Source: Eledone cirrhosa (Eukaryota). From it: a stretch of DNA of 64,000 nt. Every line of letters begins with the position of its first letter. The stretch's first letter is position 1. The stretch covers positions 96,410,001-96,474,000 of the forward strand of contig OZ024745.1 in the NCBI GenBank assembly GCA_964016885.1, read 5' to 3'. Of the stretch, positions 41,701 through 55,111 are shown one piece after another. Position numbers and translations under genes: made by a program. Below the pieces are notes generated by a model. The model was not told the DNA's origin. It made no database searches and saw only the letters and a program-made list of their open reading frames with translations.

Positions 41701-42052
41701 ATGTATATATATATTTCTCTCTCACACACCTCAAGTTATATTCAGAAAAGAAACCAAATTCAACCTCCAGCAGTCATCCTTATTTTTATCTTTATTTTTC
41801 TTATGACAGGCTTAATGAGTTGGGTCCAGCACCCAACGAAACTTAAGTACCTCTTTATGTCAATGTTTATGTCAACTATTTATGCTAAACTCGTCCTATG
41901 GACCGAGTGCTCTTATCCTTGAATATTTCTACCAAACGTTTACTACAGTATATATATTATTGTTAAGATTTTTGATGTTCTATTAAGAAAACCGATTTTA
42001 CTGAAAAAATCGAATAATGTACACCATTTTACCAGGGGGAAAAAATACTGGT

Positions 42053-42105
<53 letters not shown>

Positions 42106-42283
42106 CACAAACACATACACACGCGTACATCAACATACGCGTACATCAACATACAGAGACTTATACACACACACACACACGCACTTCTCCGTATAAGACA
42201 AAAGCTGAAAAATATCTTTTGACATGCTAAAATACCCCCCCATTGCTTTCAGACACATTCTTACTGACCATCGAATTACTCTG

Positions 42284-42349
<66 letters not shown>

Positions 42350-42417
42350 ATCTTAATAGCTATTGACACACATCGTTGCTGGCCATTGTCGCAGCATCGA
42401 ACACCTTACTACTACTA

Positions 42418-42457
<40 letters not shown>

Positions 42458-42524
42458 ACACACACACACACACATACACACACACACACACACACATATT
42501 TGTTGTGAAAGAGTCATTTCTCAA

Positions 42525-42751
42525 TCTTGGCGCAAAACCAATTTTTTATCCACATGACCTCTACCGACCAATCAAAATTGTTTTGACCAAGAATTTTTGC
42601 TGGAGCCACTTTTTTAACATAAAAACAGTCTTGGCGCAAAATCAACTTTTTACATTCACATGACCTCTACCGACCAATCAAAATTGTTTTGACCACAAGC
42701 ATTTTTGCAACACAAAAATAACGCTGGAGCCACTTTTTTAACATAAAAACA
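42525..42751. repeat. Tandem duplication of about 104 bp
   Basis: tcttggcgcaaaa..catgacctctaccgaccaatcaaaattgttttgacca..gctggagccactttttt occurs twice. Confidence 0.85.
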
Positions 42752-42776
42752 GGTAGAATTCCCAAAACTAATCAGA

Positions 42777-42940
42777 TCAGAGCAAACAGCACGGACACTC
42801 TATCTCAAAATTATTTTTGAAAAGCATTTAGAAATGCGCAACCGGTAAAAACTTAAAAACTTAAAACCACAACTGAATACTAACCCATACAATCACTAAT
42901 ACTCTTTTATTCCTAATTAAACCATTTTTCAACTGTGAAC
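42777..42940 (+). repeat. Dispersed repeat with a second copy at 44373-44525
   Basis: ctctatctcaaaattatttttgaaaagc..tagaaatgcgcaaccggtaaaaactt shared. Confidence 0.8.
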
Positions 42941-42968
42941 AATAGGTCAGCATTTTCTATTCCGTTTA

Positions 42969-43015
<47 letters not shown>

Positions 43016-43046
43016 CCGTATTTTGTTTAATTTCATTGTTTTCACT

Positions 43047-43156
<110 letters not shown>

Positions 43157-43170
43157 ACACACATATCTAT

Positions 43171-43572
43171 CTTCAGCGCTACTGTTAACATGTAACCCAG
43201 CACAACTTGTGCATGGTTGGGTCATCGGTGACTAAACCGGCAACAAAAGGAGGGTGATTTCGGACACCCTGCAAGGGGGAAAAACAAAACCCGTCAAAGG
43301 GCGGAGGAATTGAAGTCAGTCAACGGCCATCCAATAAACTATTTTAAGCCATCTCTCAGAAGGTAACTCTGATATAAAACCTGCGACTTCGTTTGTATCC
43401 AATGATGTAGACCAGTTATTCTTTTTGGATAAATGCATTCGATGTGCAGAGAGTGGGATTGGCTCCGTGCAAAGCCTTTCCTCACTTAAACAAGTTTCAA
43501 GCACAGGCATTGCTTGATATGTGACATCTTTTTGCGATGCATAGCATTGCTGGCTATAGGCAAGTCCCTGCC
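43171..43572 (+). mobile_element. Diverged relative of the RTE 5'UTR-like non-autonomous element
   Basis: gctactgttaacatgtaacccag, ggagggtgatttcggacaccctgca, gtcaacggccatcc and gagtgggattggctccgtgca are shared with 31282-31740. Confidence 0.65.
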
Positions 43573-43833
43573 ATATATATATATATACACTTGGAAGATC
43601 ACTGATGAAGGACTAACTTTATTCATATGTAACCCATTTGCAACCACGCAGCACGTTTGTTCTCATATTCACACACACACACACACACACGCACACATAT
43701 ATATATATATATAGTACGTTATTCCGGGTTGAATCGGAGGTAACCACAGTAAGTAAGGTACTCAATACATTGCAGAGTATAAAAGTTTTAATATAGATGA
43801 GATTCTAGTCCTGTAGAATCTCATCTATATTAA

Positions 43834-43872
<39 letters not shown>

Positions 43873-44557
43873 TTTTGTTTGACCCGTTTAGCTTGTTCTC
43901 TTTTTTGGCTATGGTGGCTATGGCTTCTTAACCATCGTCTCAGCGTGTATGACCATTTTAACTTATGTTTATAGCTCTGCTATCCTCTTCATATGCATGG
44001 AGCGCTTGTCTGCACATTATTGAAGTTGCGTTTCGCTAATTTCCACCCGCCGAAATGCGATTCTCGCTAAATTATATATATCTCTCTCTCTATATATATA
44101 AAGAAAAAAATATGAAATCGAAAATGCGACTGGGGTCTTATTTTTAAAAATATATATATATTTATTTGGTTCCTTTACCGGTTTCGCAGTTCTTCTGCTT
44201 TTCAAAAGTAGAGTAGAGATGGAGGGTCTGTGGTTTTTCTCAATATATATATATTTAAAAAAATAGAGGTGTGACACGGAAAAGAAAATGCTGCCAAATT
44301 TTTCCCAGTGAAAAATAGTTTAATTAGGAATAATCAGTTTTGGAAATTCTTCCTGTTTTCACATAAGATAAGATTAGAGCAAACATCACAAGCGCTCTAT
44401 CTCAAAATTATTTTTGAAAAGCTTTAGAAATGCGCAACCGGTAAAAACTTACAACTAAAACTGAATACTAACCAATACTTATTACTAATTTATACTTATT
44501 CCTAATTAAACTATTTTTCACTGGTAAAAAATTGTCCTCATTTTCTTTTCCTTTTTA

Positions 44558-44599
<42 letters not shown>

Positions 44600-44797
44600 T
44601 ATGTACACGTACATACATATATGTATACAGACGTATAGAATTATGTATATATATATAGATACACGCACACATATATATATGTATGTATGGATTCACCGAA
44701 CATTCATTATAATGCTCGGTGTGTTTGTAAACAAACATCCCGTATTAAGCCGTAGTGTCCAGTAACCACCGTTGCTCGTTTGTTCAACACTGACAAA

Positions 44798-44852
44798 GGA
44801 ACGCTGCACTAGTTTCAAGCTTATTAGCTATCGTCAGCAACGTATACCTTCC
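44798..44852 (-). ncRNA. Hammerhead, unit 1 (GUG triplet, probably inactive)
   Basis: Core and stems intact, but the cleavage triplet reads GUG. Confidence 0.7.
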
Positions 44853-45217
44853 TGCCAGATTGTTGAACGTATATACTTACCTTATGCATATTAACGGCTG
44901 AGTAGCCCAATTTGCATATCGAGTGGGTTAATCGGCCGGGTGCACCGAAAACGATAAACGGAAAAAATGAAACGAAATTTCATTTCCCACTCTTAGTACG
45001 GCTGTTACTTAAATATAAGTATGTACACGTACATACATATATGTATAAAGACGTACAGTAGTATGTATATATATATACATACAAGCACACATATATATAT
45101 GTACGTATGGATTCACCGAACATTTATTATAATGCTCGGTGTGTTTGTAAACAAACATCCCGTATTAAGCCGTAGTATCCAGTAACCATCGTTATTCGTT
45201 TGTTCAACACTGACAAA

Positions 45218-45272
45218 GGAACGCTGTACTAGTTTCAAGCTTATTAGCTATCGTCAGCAACGTATACATTCC
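45218..45272 (-). ncRNA. Hammerhead, unit 2 (intact)
   Basis: acguug-CUGACGA-uagcuaauaagcuu-GAAAC-ua-GUA-cagcgu. Confidence 0.8.
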
Positions 45273-45636
45273 TGCCAGATTGTTGAACGTATATACTTAC
45301 CTTAAGCATATTAAAAGCTGAGTAGCCCAATTTGCATATCGAGTGGGTTAATCGGCCGGGTGCACCGAAAACGATAAACGGAAAAAAGAAACGAAATTTC
45401 ATTTCCCACTCTTAGTACGGCTGTTACTTAAATATAAGTATGTACACGTACATACATATATGTATACAGACGTATAGTAGTATGTATATATATATACATA
45501 CACGCACACATATATATATGTACGTATGGATTCACCGAACATTTATTATAATGCTCGGTGTGTTTGTAAACAAACATCCCGTATTAAGCCGTAGTGTCCA
45601 GTAACCATCGTTGCTCGTTTGTTCAACACTGCCAAA

Positions 45637-45691
45637 GGAACGCTGTACTAGTTTCAAGCTTATTAGCTATCGTCAGAAACATATACCTTCC
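45637..45691 (-). ncRNA. Hammerhead, unit 3 (stem I weakened)
   Basis: Core intact; the stem I 5' strand is auguuu, which breaks the closing pair. Confidence 0.7.
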
Positions 45692-45880
45692 TGCCAGATT
45701 GTTGAACGTATATACTTACCTTATGCATATTAACGGCTGAGTAGCCCAATTTGCATATCGAGTGGGTTAATCGGCCGGGTGCACCGAAAACGATAAACGG
45801 AAAAAAGAAACGAAATTTCATTTCCCACTCTTAGTAAGGCTGTTACTTAAATATAAGTATGTACACGTACATACATGGCA

Positions 45881-45935
45881 GGAAGGTATACGTTGCTGAC
45901 GATAGCTAATAAGCTTGAAACTAGTACAGCGTTCC
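45881..45935 (+). ncRNA. Hammerhead, inverted unit (intact)
   Basis: CUGACGA at 45896-45902, GAAAC at 45917-45921, GUA at 45924-45926, stem I acguug/cagcgu. Confidence 0.8.
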
Positions 45936-46193
45936 TTTGTCAGTGTTGAACAAACGAGCAACGATGGTTACTGGACACTACTGCTTAATACGGGATGTTT
46001 GTTTACAAACACACCGAGCATTATAATAAATGATCGGTGAATCCATACGTACATATATATATGTGTGCGTGTATGTATATATATATAAATACTACTGTAC
46101 GTCTGTATACATATATGTATGTACGTGTACATACTTATATTTAAGTAACAGCCGTACTAAAAGTGGGAAATGAAATTTCGTTTCATTTTTTCC

Positions 46194-46227
<34 letters not shown>

Positions 46228-46270
46228 GAAAAGTATAGAAATTGTTGTAGCGAGAAGCTAACAGTATTCC

Positions 46271-46351
<81 letters not shown>

Positions 46352-46687
46352 CCAGGGAGTGGAACGAACCTTGAGCTGATCAATAGCGAAACGGGCGTCA
46401 CAATCAATAAACGCAACGAAAGCTTAACAAATCGTCCTTGTGTCATATACAAACACATGCTTACGCACGTGCTCAAGTATAGCTCTTTTTATAAAATGTT
46501 TTTTTTTCCATTTCTGGTAGACGCGCTCTATCATCCATTTTTCTAAAAAAACAAATCATACACAAAACGCCAGCACCAACAGTTTTGCAACAGATGTCAA
46601 CATTAATGGACCTGTTATTTTTATTTAAAGACATTTTTTCCAATTCCAACCCGCCCGTCCCCTCAATCTATTTTATTTCTCATCCTT

Positions 46688-46723
46688 TCTTCTGATGAAG
46701 AACTAGCGTCCGAAAAGTTAAGA
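46688..46723 (+). ncRNA. Degenerate hammerhead-like motif
   Basis: ucuu-CUGAUGA-agaacuagcgucc-GAAA-aguu-aaga; stem I intact, stems II and III mutated. Confidence 0.35.
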
Positions 46724-46815
46724 CCCTCTTCCTGCTATATCAAGCGTTAACCTTAATGTATACATTCCATATACTGTACCGATTGTGTTGTTATTTCTGT
46801 TTACCTTTTAGATTG

Positions 46816-46928
<113 letters not shown>

Positions 46929-49009
46929 TATATATATTTATATATATAACAAGCACGCGCATGTATGAACATGTGCATACTGTTCACACTTTGTGAATGC
47001 CAATCTACCTCAGGATATAAACATCAGATTACGGTTCAAAACATTCCATAGTGCCTTCGCTGATGAGTGTTGTTTGTTTTGCTTTAAGAAAAAGACATTG
47101 CTTATTATTTTAATCTAGTGTTAAGCATTATATTTGTATCCATTTAGACTCAATGAGATAACATCTTGTGGAATACTGCAGCTGATTTCTTAAACGCTTG
47201 CACTTCTCGCGAAATGTGAGGTCAGTGCTCCTGTTAGGAATTACTTTTTGTAATTTAAGTGAAACTATTGATGTGAAGAAACTGCTGTAAAGTATCTTTT
47301 TAGTCTCTTCATTGCTTTACGTTGAACACCAGTCGGAATCAATTCTGCCTTTCACTTTTATTCTCTCAATAAGACGAAGCATCAGTAATATACTGTTCTT
47401 GATTCAATGGTCTGCGTTTCGCTACTTTTGTGTAGAACGTGACATAAACGAAAACAATTGATGCATTAAGAAACCATCAATGTCACATAATTCCATTCAT
47501 TCCCTCTCCCATATCTATAAATCTGATGGTTGTGCAGCTGAAGAAATGTGTCGCTATGTTAAGTTCATATATATTAATATGCTACCTGATGTCTATCACA
47601 GATCCAATTCTTCGAAATATAGAGATTAACTAGAACATAACAAAATGGTGAGGCTAGAAGTTTCTTTAATATTTTCATCAGCACTAAAAATAATTCTTCA
47701 GAAGAGATTTATATTTATTAAAGTGTTTCCTTAGCAATTGAAAGGAAGCATGTCCATAACGAAGGTTCTTTTGTCGGTGTTCATGTAGTATCACAAATAT
47801 GAACGTCTATTTGCATATATGCAATGGATGTATGGCTGTATATATTTGTCTGTACAGAAGATTTAAATGAAACACATATATCATTCAAGTCATACAATTT
47901 CATTTCCTCCCTTTCCTTATAAGTCTGAGAAGCTCTAGTTCGCCAAAAGAAATTATTATTCCGATTTCTTGCCATGATTATTTCGACTATTATTGCAAGT
48001 CAGTAATGATGACAGATTCAATAGGATACTAGGATGGTGATTTCATACCAATTATAAGCAAATGATTTGGTCTAAAGACACAGAACAACATGTCGACAGA
48101 AATGCAATTCTCTCTATGATAATGATGATGTCTAGACAGGCTTTATTTTCGTACACAATTTTTTTCTCAGCAGTATGTGCTAGGAGTAAAGCAGCAAGCA
48201 CTAACTCTGGCTCTATATATCCCATTTACGCTGTATACGACTAATTAATACATCCACTAAACGTTGAGATATGAGAGAATAGACAGAATATTTGTTGTTT
48301 AACAATGAAGGTTTTGCTCCCTTCCAGACCCTCTCCTAGGAAAGGTCAACCCTCGTGCTTCCATCCCCATCTCATAGGAAAGGTCACAGGCCCAACGCCA
48401 GTTCTTGCAGTGTTGGGTGGAGACTGCAATATATTTTTTCGAACAATTGTTTAAATGTTTTAAACTAATTACAATAATTATGGTTAAATGGGGGTTTTCA
48501 GAGTAACGTCTGGGGCTTGGCGATACAGGTAAAATTATTTTCCGTCAAAATTGTTTCTATTGGCAGTTGAAAGTGTGTGGTGGTTTCAGCATGGCAAAAT
48601 CTTAATTCTTGCTCTTTGACGCTCACTACAACTTTCTGAATTATCGCGCCGTTAATCTGTGTGATGCATTAGCAGAAATAGTAGCGCGCAAAGATTATAT
48701 ATGAATTTATTACACACACATACCTAATCGTATTTACATCTTCAGAATTGGGAAAAAATTCAACATACAGCTCGCAAAATTACTAACAATTAACTAGCTT
48801 CATGAACAAAAAAGAAAATTCCCTGAAACTTGAATTCGATAGACCTCCAACAGTTTCTATGATGAATGTTCCTACAGAATAGCTTGATCATGAAATTAAC
48901 ATATAAGTGACTGAGCATCCCACAGACACGTGTACGCGCAACGTAATTCTGAAGGAGATTCAGCGTGATTCAGTGTGGCAAGGCTGGCCCTATAAATTAT
49001 AAGCACAGT

Positions 49010-49165
49010 CCATCCGATGAGTTTCCAAATAATTTCTGTCTACCCATTTTTACTAGTTAGGCATAGGTCAATCCGAGGTTATGGTAAATGACACTTGTCC
49101 AAGATGCCACACAGTGGGATCAAACCTGGGACCTAATGAATCCAAAACAAACTTCCTAATCATTC
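49010..49165 (-). mobile_element. Old CORE-like tRNA SINE
   Basis: Minus strand ggtttgatcccactgtgtggcatcttggacaagtgtc (box B-like plus CORE-like). Confidence 0.5.
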
Positions 49166-49790
49166 AATCATGATACGTTCAGAAAAACGTGAATTGGTTT
49201 ATGTTAGTAAAATGAACATTAGACTATTACATCCATTGTTTCTAAAAGTGATTTAAATTAACATGGTATGGACAATGAAAATGATGCGTGTTATTTATAA
49301 CGATAAAAAAAATCGATTGCTTTGTAGCGTAAACCTGAAATAATGATTAAACTAATATTAAATGAAAACAATAGGGGTATGTTGTGACTGGTGTGGGTTA
49401 CTCATTTGAAGGGGATTTGGTTGAAATGATAAGTTAGTAAATGAAAACAATCTAAATATGAGATGTCTGACTAGATGACAGGAAATGATGTTCTAGACAA
49501 CAGGTTTGACCAGGTGGGATATTAAATTCCGATTGTGTAAGAGAATAACGTTGACACCAAGCTGATCTCTTATATAAGCATGCCAAATCAAATGTGTACA
49601 AACTATGAATGGGAAAGTTGAAACCTTTTATGATTTTATCAACGGCGATAATTACAAATACCTACACAAAACCCTTAGAACCAACTGAATTTAATAAGCA
49701 ACAGTTCTCAAACATTTTGACAATTTAAGAAAGAAATGAAAAGGGAATATAATAGTGTTTATGTTATTAATCTGTTAATATTCTTCTTCT

Positions 49791-49975
49791 GGGTGGATTG
49801 GCAGTATCGGTAGAGGGTCGGACGCCATGCTTTGACGCATAGAGTTACGGCCCTTGCCATTCTGAGTTCAAATCCCGCCGAGGTTAACTTTGCCTTTCAT
49901 CCTTACGGGGCCGATAAAATAAAGTACCAGTAATACACTGGGTAATTGCTGGCCTTGTGCCTAATATAGAAATAA
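49791..49975 (+). mobile_element. tRNA-derived SINE (main family)
   Basis: Family match; tattcttct on both sides. Confidence 0.9.
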
Positions 49976-50890
49976 TTATTCTTCTACAATGTAATTACTT
50001 CATTTAGTCTTAAAACTCAGTTACAGACTTCAAAATATTTCTTGTTTACGTATTGTCTTGTCTATAATTTTCATCCAAATAGCTTCAATGTATTTACTAC
50101 AATATTTAATCTCCCGCCTCCAATTAAACCCCAACTATCAATTTAATAATTCTGTTAAGACTTCTTTTAACTTTAATAACTCAAAGACCAGGCCACTATT
50201 AATTTGAAACTAAAATCACTTGTTTGTGTCAGATTTAGCATTTTGATGGCTTCTAAAGCCACAGTAAATGTAACTCGCCCACATTCACCATTTATATGAC
50301 TTCAACAATCGAACCACACGCATCTAGCACGGGGAAGAGAAGTTCTAAGTCCTGTATGACAATCTATTGATTCAACAATAAAATATATGACATATTTGGT
50401 GGTTGTGAGTCTATAGTTCAAATTGACTTTGTTGTAAATACTCGGATCCACATGTACTTGATACACCGCTTTAAATTGCAACAACACTTACGAGGTGATA
50501 CATATGCATTTAAGAATTTTACCCAATCATTACGTGCCAGAATACAATCTGCTACCTTGTTTCCTTTTTTATGCTGACGTCCATCTACAGAAGTTCACAT
50601 TGACCATCGGAAATGCTCATAAAGGTGAGGTGTACTGCTCCTCTTCCAGTGGCTAATCCTTAAAAATCTACCGAAAATAGATACAAGCTGTTTAACAATA
50701 ATTTGCAGCCACACTACAGCATCCAGCATATTGACAAGTAAATTTTTACTTACGAAGAAATCAATTTCTGGCTGTCATTTACTAGTTGTTTTCTGATGAC
50801 AGATAAAATCTTATTTTCCTGGATTGATATGGTATAATTTTGTTAGACAAATTAATCCAAACTCCTCTCTTTGTTGATTTTCCTAAGTTT

Positions 50891-50942
<52 letters not shown>

Positions 50943-51089
50943 AAAAGAGCTAGATCCGAACAGCTGTCGAAATGGCCGGAGCTCAGCCGTCGGCGCCCTG
51001 ACTCTTTTCATATTACCCACTCTACTGCCCTAAGTATCGAGTTCTCTGATGCGTTATGGTCCACCTGGTATCTTACCACACCTTCTTTG

Positions 51090-51124
<35 letters not shown>

Positions 51125-51533
51125 ATCGGCCATAAACTCAAGATCTGACATTATTATAAACTGCAGACACGTCAGAATGACCACCTTCTCTGCACAAACA
51201 TTCGGCCGAGGGCCAAACACTAACCCTGACCCAACATAGGGATAACCAACTTTGCTTTTCCACACCGTTCCTCATCTCAATACATTTGTCTTCTATAACA
51301 TTTAACCCATGGTAAGATCATATCTTGTAAATATCATGTCGCACCCTTCACCCCCACCACCACCAACAATGTGTACGTGCTTGTATATGCATGCATGGCG
51401 GGTGTTTTCGCGTATGCATGTGTATGTACGTATTTGGATGCGTGTATGTATATATTTAATTATTATTGATTTTAATAACCTCTGTCATTTTCGAAATTCG
51501 TTCTACTAATTTATTTATATTATTCTTAACTGT

Positions 51534-51718
51534 GGGCAGTGGATTGGCAGTATCGGTAGAGGGTCGCACGCCATGCTTTCCAGCATAGTTACGTCCCTTT
51601 ACGATTTGAGTTCAAATCCCGCCGAGGTTGACTTTGCCTTTCATCCTTACGGGGTCGATAAAATAAAGTACCAGTAATGCACTGGGTAATTGCTGGCCTT
51701 GTGCCTAAAGTAGAAACA
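51534..51718 (+). mobile_element. SINE inserted in the 5' pLTR
   Basis: TSD attattcttaactgtg. Confidence 0.9.
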
Positions 51719-52182
51719 ATTATTCTTAACTGTGAAGCCAAGAATCATTCGTTTCCTAAATAGAATATTAGTCTACGACTTCATTTATACCATAAACGTG
51801 GTTTTGTCTTTGCGTGTAATTGTGCTCATCGGTCCACATAATGACGTATTATCTTCGCTTTTTTCCGTTCATTGTCAGGGAACGTCTTCACAAACCAAAG
51901 AATCGTCTTCCTGTCTTCCTTCGGTTGCAACGTTTTTCGAAATATTTACTTCTGCGTTCACAGATTGATTTTTTTTTAGTTTCAGAAGATCCCGTTCAGG
52001 GTGAAAGCAGCGATTCTTTGCTTAAACTTTAATCTGTTATTTTAATAAATATTTGCTCTAAGGTTCTTATATATTTGATATATATTTATCCTTATCGAGC
52101 CCTCTTTGGATTTTAGTCTTCAAATTTATTATTATTACTATTTGGCTCCGTCAGTTGAGGACTCTATTGACTTATATTCATC

Positions 52183-54290
52183 ATGCAGAAACAACACCTG
52201 AATATTTCTACAAAGAACATACCCGTACCTAACAGGAAGACATACCTAAAACTCCTGATACAGAAAACGGATTCGTTCCTTAAAAGGTTGCGTTGGCGTG
52301 CCATTTATTTCGATAATCAGGAAAAAGCGGACAATAAAGCAGGATAAATTTGGTTTTAAAACTTATAATAACCCTCCGAGTAACCCAGCATTGCTACCCT
52401 TCAAAACAATGTTTTGGAACTCATATGGAGTATCAAATTTCGGAATAGGGGCAATTCCTTCCAGCAGGACCTGAAGAATAGAATTCGTTCTATTAAGGAT
52501 TCTAATGCCGTGCACGTCCACTCCGACAAAACTCGTAATCTATATTAAGTGGAGCCCAGTACTTACCATCAACTGCTACATAATGCTGTTACTAAGGATT
52601 ACCGGAAAACCAATCGGGGTGTCATTAATGACATCAACGATGCTGGGTTTAAGATCACCTCTGAACTCAACATCCAGGACCGGACTGAACCTCTGGACCC
52701 AATTTCTCCCCACTTTACCCTGAAGGATAACAAACCCCATTTTGCCAACAACCCCTCTATTCGACTAATTAACCCTACGAAATCTGATTTAGGTAGACTT
52801 AGTAAAAGGATTTTAGGATAGAATTATACCTGAAATTAGAAGCTTGGCCCCTCTTGCACTGTGGAACAATTCTTTCGCGGTGATTGATTGGTTCAATGGC
52901 ATATGCAACAAGGAACATTGCCGTTTTATACAATTCGACATAAATAACTACTACTCCTCCATCACTTTACCACTTCTTCTTAGAGCTAAAACGCTCACGG
53001 TGGTTAAGGATTTCGAAGTTGATATCATCCTCAATGCCCGTAAGTCGGTGATTAATTTCGACGACTCTATTTGGATAAAAAAATCTAATAGCACCCAATT
53101 CGACGTGAGTATGGGCGCCAGCGATTCTTATCGGCCTTTTCCTTTTTTCTCTATCAAGGAAGAATTCCCCGATGTGGGCGGTGGTTTGTACCGTGATGAC
53201 GATCTTTTGACCATGACAAAGTGCGGTCCACGTGCTTGCGACAGGTTCAGAAAATAACTTACAGCCTTCTTTAAAGGCTTCAACCTCTCCATACAAGTTG
53301 AGGCCAACCTCTCGGTCGTTAATTACCTGGACTTTACCCTCAATTTGTCGAATGGCTTGCACTACCCGCATAGAAAGCCGAATGATACGCTTAATTACAT
53401 AAGTAAGCATTCTAACCATCCTACCAGCATAACCAAGATCCTGGTAAGAAACGTTTCTTTGAGGCTTTCCCGTCTATCTACAAACGAGCATATTTTCACC
53501 GACCATTCCACATATTAAAATGAAGCTCTTGCTCGGAGTGGATTTTGTCGATAAGGTAGCATATACTAAGTATGAGCATAGACCAAGGAAAAAATAGATC
53601 CCCACGCATTATATGGTATAACCCACCATATAATATGGAGGTGGCCACTCCATTAGCTAAGATCTTTCTCTCCCTTATTAAGAAGTGTTTCCCCTCAGCA
53701 CATAAATATAATAACATTTTTAATAGAAATACCATTAAAATATCTTACTCTACGACTCCTAACCTTGCACATAATATCAGTGCTTCAAATTTAGCTAAAT
53801 TACCTAGCCATAGGAACACCTGCAACCCTGTAGCTCGTACTAACTGTAATTGTACAAATCGGGTTACTGCCCCCTATCCGTGAAATGCCTCTCCATTAAC
53901 ATTGTCTACAAATGTAAGGTTGAAACACCCACCTCCCGTAGGGCCTACATAGGGTTAACCGCCAATAGATTCAAGCAGCGTCTTTACATGCATACCCATT
54001 CTTTTCTTAACCCTTTAAGAAGGAATATGACGTCACTTTCAGCTTATATCTGGAGTCTAAAAGACAACCACACTCAATATAGGTTACACTGGGAGATCCT
54101 AGCTAGGGCTAGATCGTATAACGGAAATAAAAGACCATGCGATCTTTGCGCCGCTGAAGCCCTGGAAATACTCTACTCCAATGACCATATCTTAAACAAA
54201 ATATCTGAGGCAATTTCGGCTTGTAAACTAAAATTGCATAAAACTTTCCTGCATAAAACTTTCCTGTATTACAGCCCCACACGGATAGTA
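52183..54290 (+). pseudogene. PLE reverse transcriptase/GIY-YIG ORF with multiple stops and frameshifts
   Basis: STKNIPVP..KRLRWRA, SDKTRNLY, RLINPTKSDLG, FIQFDINNYYSSI, FDVSMGA, GLYRDD, NYLDFTL, IIWYNPPY, CNC..CPL..C, IVY..YIGLT..FKQRLYMH, CDLC. Confidence 0.88.
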
Positions 54291-54960
54291 CGAAAATACG
54301 TGGATAATTTACGTCTTGATGTGGTAGCTAAGTATATTTTATGTTTATAACATTGCTTATTTATATAGGTAAGTATATCTTACCCGTATGTTTTGTGAAG
54401 GTACGTATACTTTCTCGTACGTATATATGCTTGTATTTGTTATAGGTGTATATATTATATTATATATACTGGTACATGTGTATATGGTTATGTGTATATA
54501 TGTATTTTGTGTTTGTGTGCCTATGCGTGTATGCGTGTTTGCACGTATTTAAGGTGTGTATATGTGTACATTGTGTTTTGGTTGACGTACGTTTGGTGAA
54601 CATATGTGTATTTACCTCTAGGTATGTGTGTGCGTGCGTTATATACGTATTTATGTGTGTGTATTTATATACGTTTATATAATTATATGTATACACACAC
54701 ACACACACATATATATATATTTTATGTGTATTTCGTGTATACGTTCGTATGTGTGCGGGTACAGGTGTCGCGCAGGTTTATGTATGTGTGCGCATGTTTA
54801 TGTGTACGTGCTCGTATAAGCATGCATGGCGAGTGTTTTCGCGTATGCATGTGTATGTACATATTTGGATGCGTGTATGTATATATTTAATTATTATTGA
54901 TTTCAATAACCTTTGTCATTTTCGTTCTACTAATTTATTTACATTATTCTTAACTCTGAA

Positions 54961-55111
54961 GGGCGGTAGATTGGCAGTATAGTTACGTCCCTTTACGATC
55001 TGAGTTCAAATCCCGCCGAGGTTAACTTTCCCTTTCATCCTTACGGGGTCGATAAAATAAAGTATCAGTAATGTACTGTGTAATTTATGGCCTTGTGCCA
55101 AATGTAGAAAC
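54961..55111 (+). mobile_element. SINE with an internal deletion, inserted in the 3' pLTR
   Basis: TSD attattcttaactctgaa. Confidence 0.9.

Larger units (their letters stand above)
44596..46195. mobile_element. Retrozyme-like array: three 419/420-bp tandem units plus an inverted partial unit
   Basis: Units start at about 44596, 45016, 45435 and 45854; orientation flips at 45876/45877; non-coding; one hammerhead per unit. Confidence 0.9.

Noticed and set aside
43612-43640. CTGATGA matches here and near 47061
   Set aside because: No GAAA or closing stems follow
44596-45876. CRISPR-like array interpretation
   Set aside because: Whole 419-bp units repeat with no unique spacers; eukaryotic context and no cas genes
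47600-48250. Possible host coding exon in a non-repetitive stretch
   Set aside because: Only short ORFs with stops and no recognisable domain
53840-54160. Selenocysteine (UGA) codons at PLE cysteine motifs
   Set aside because: The cysteine codons I read in both PLEs are TGT/TGC
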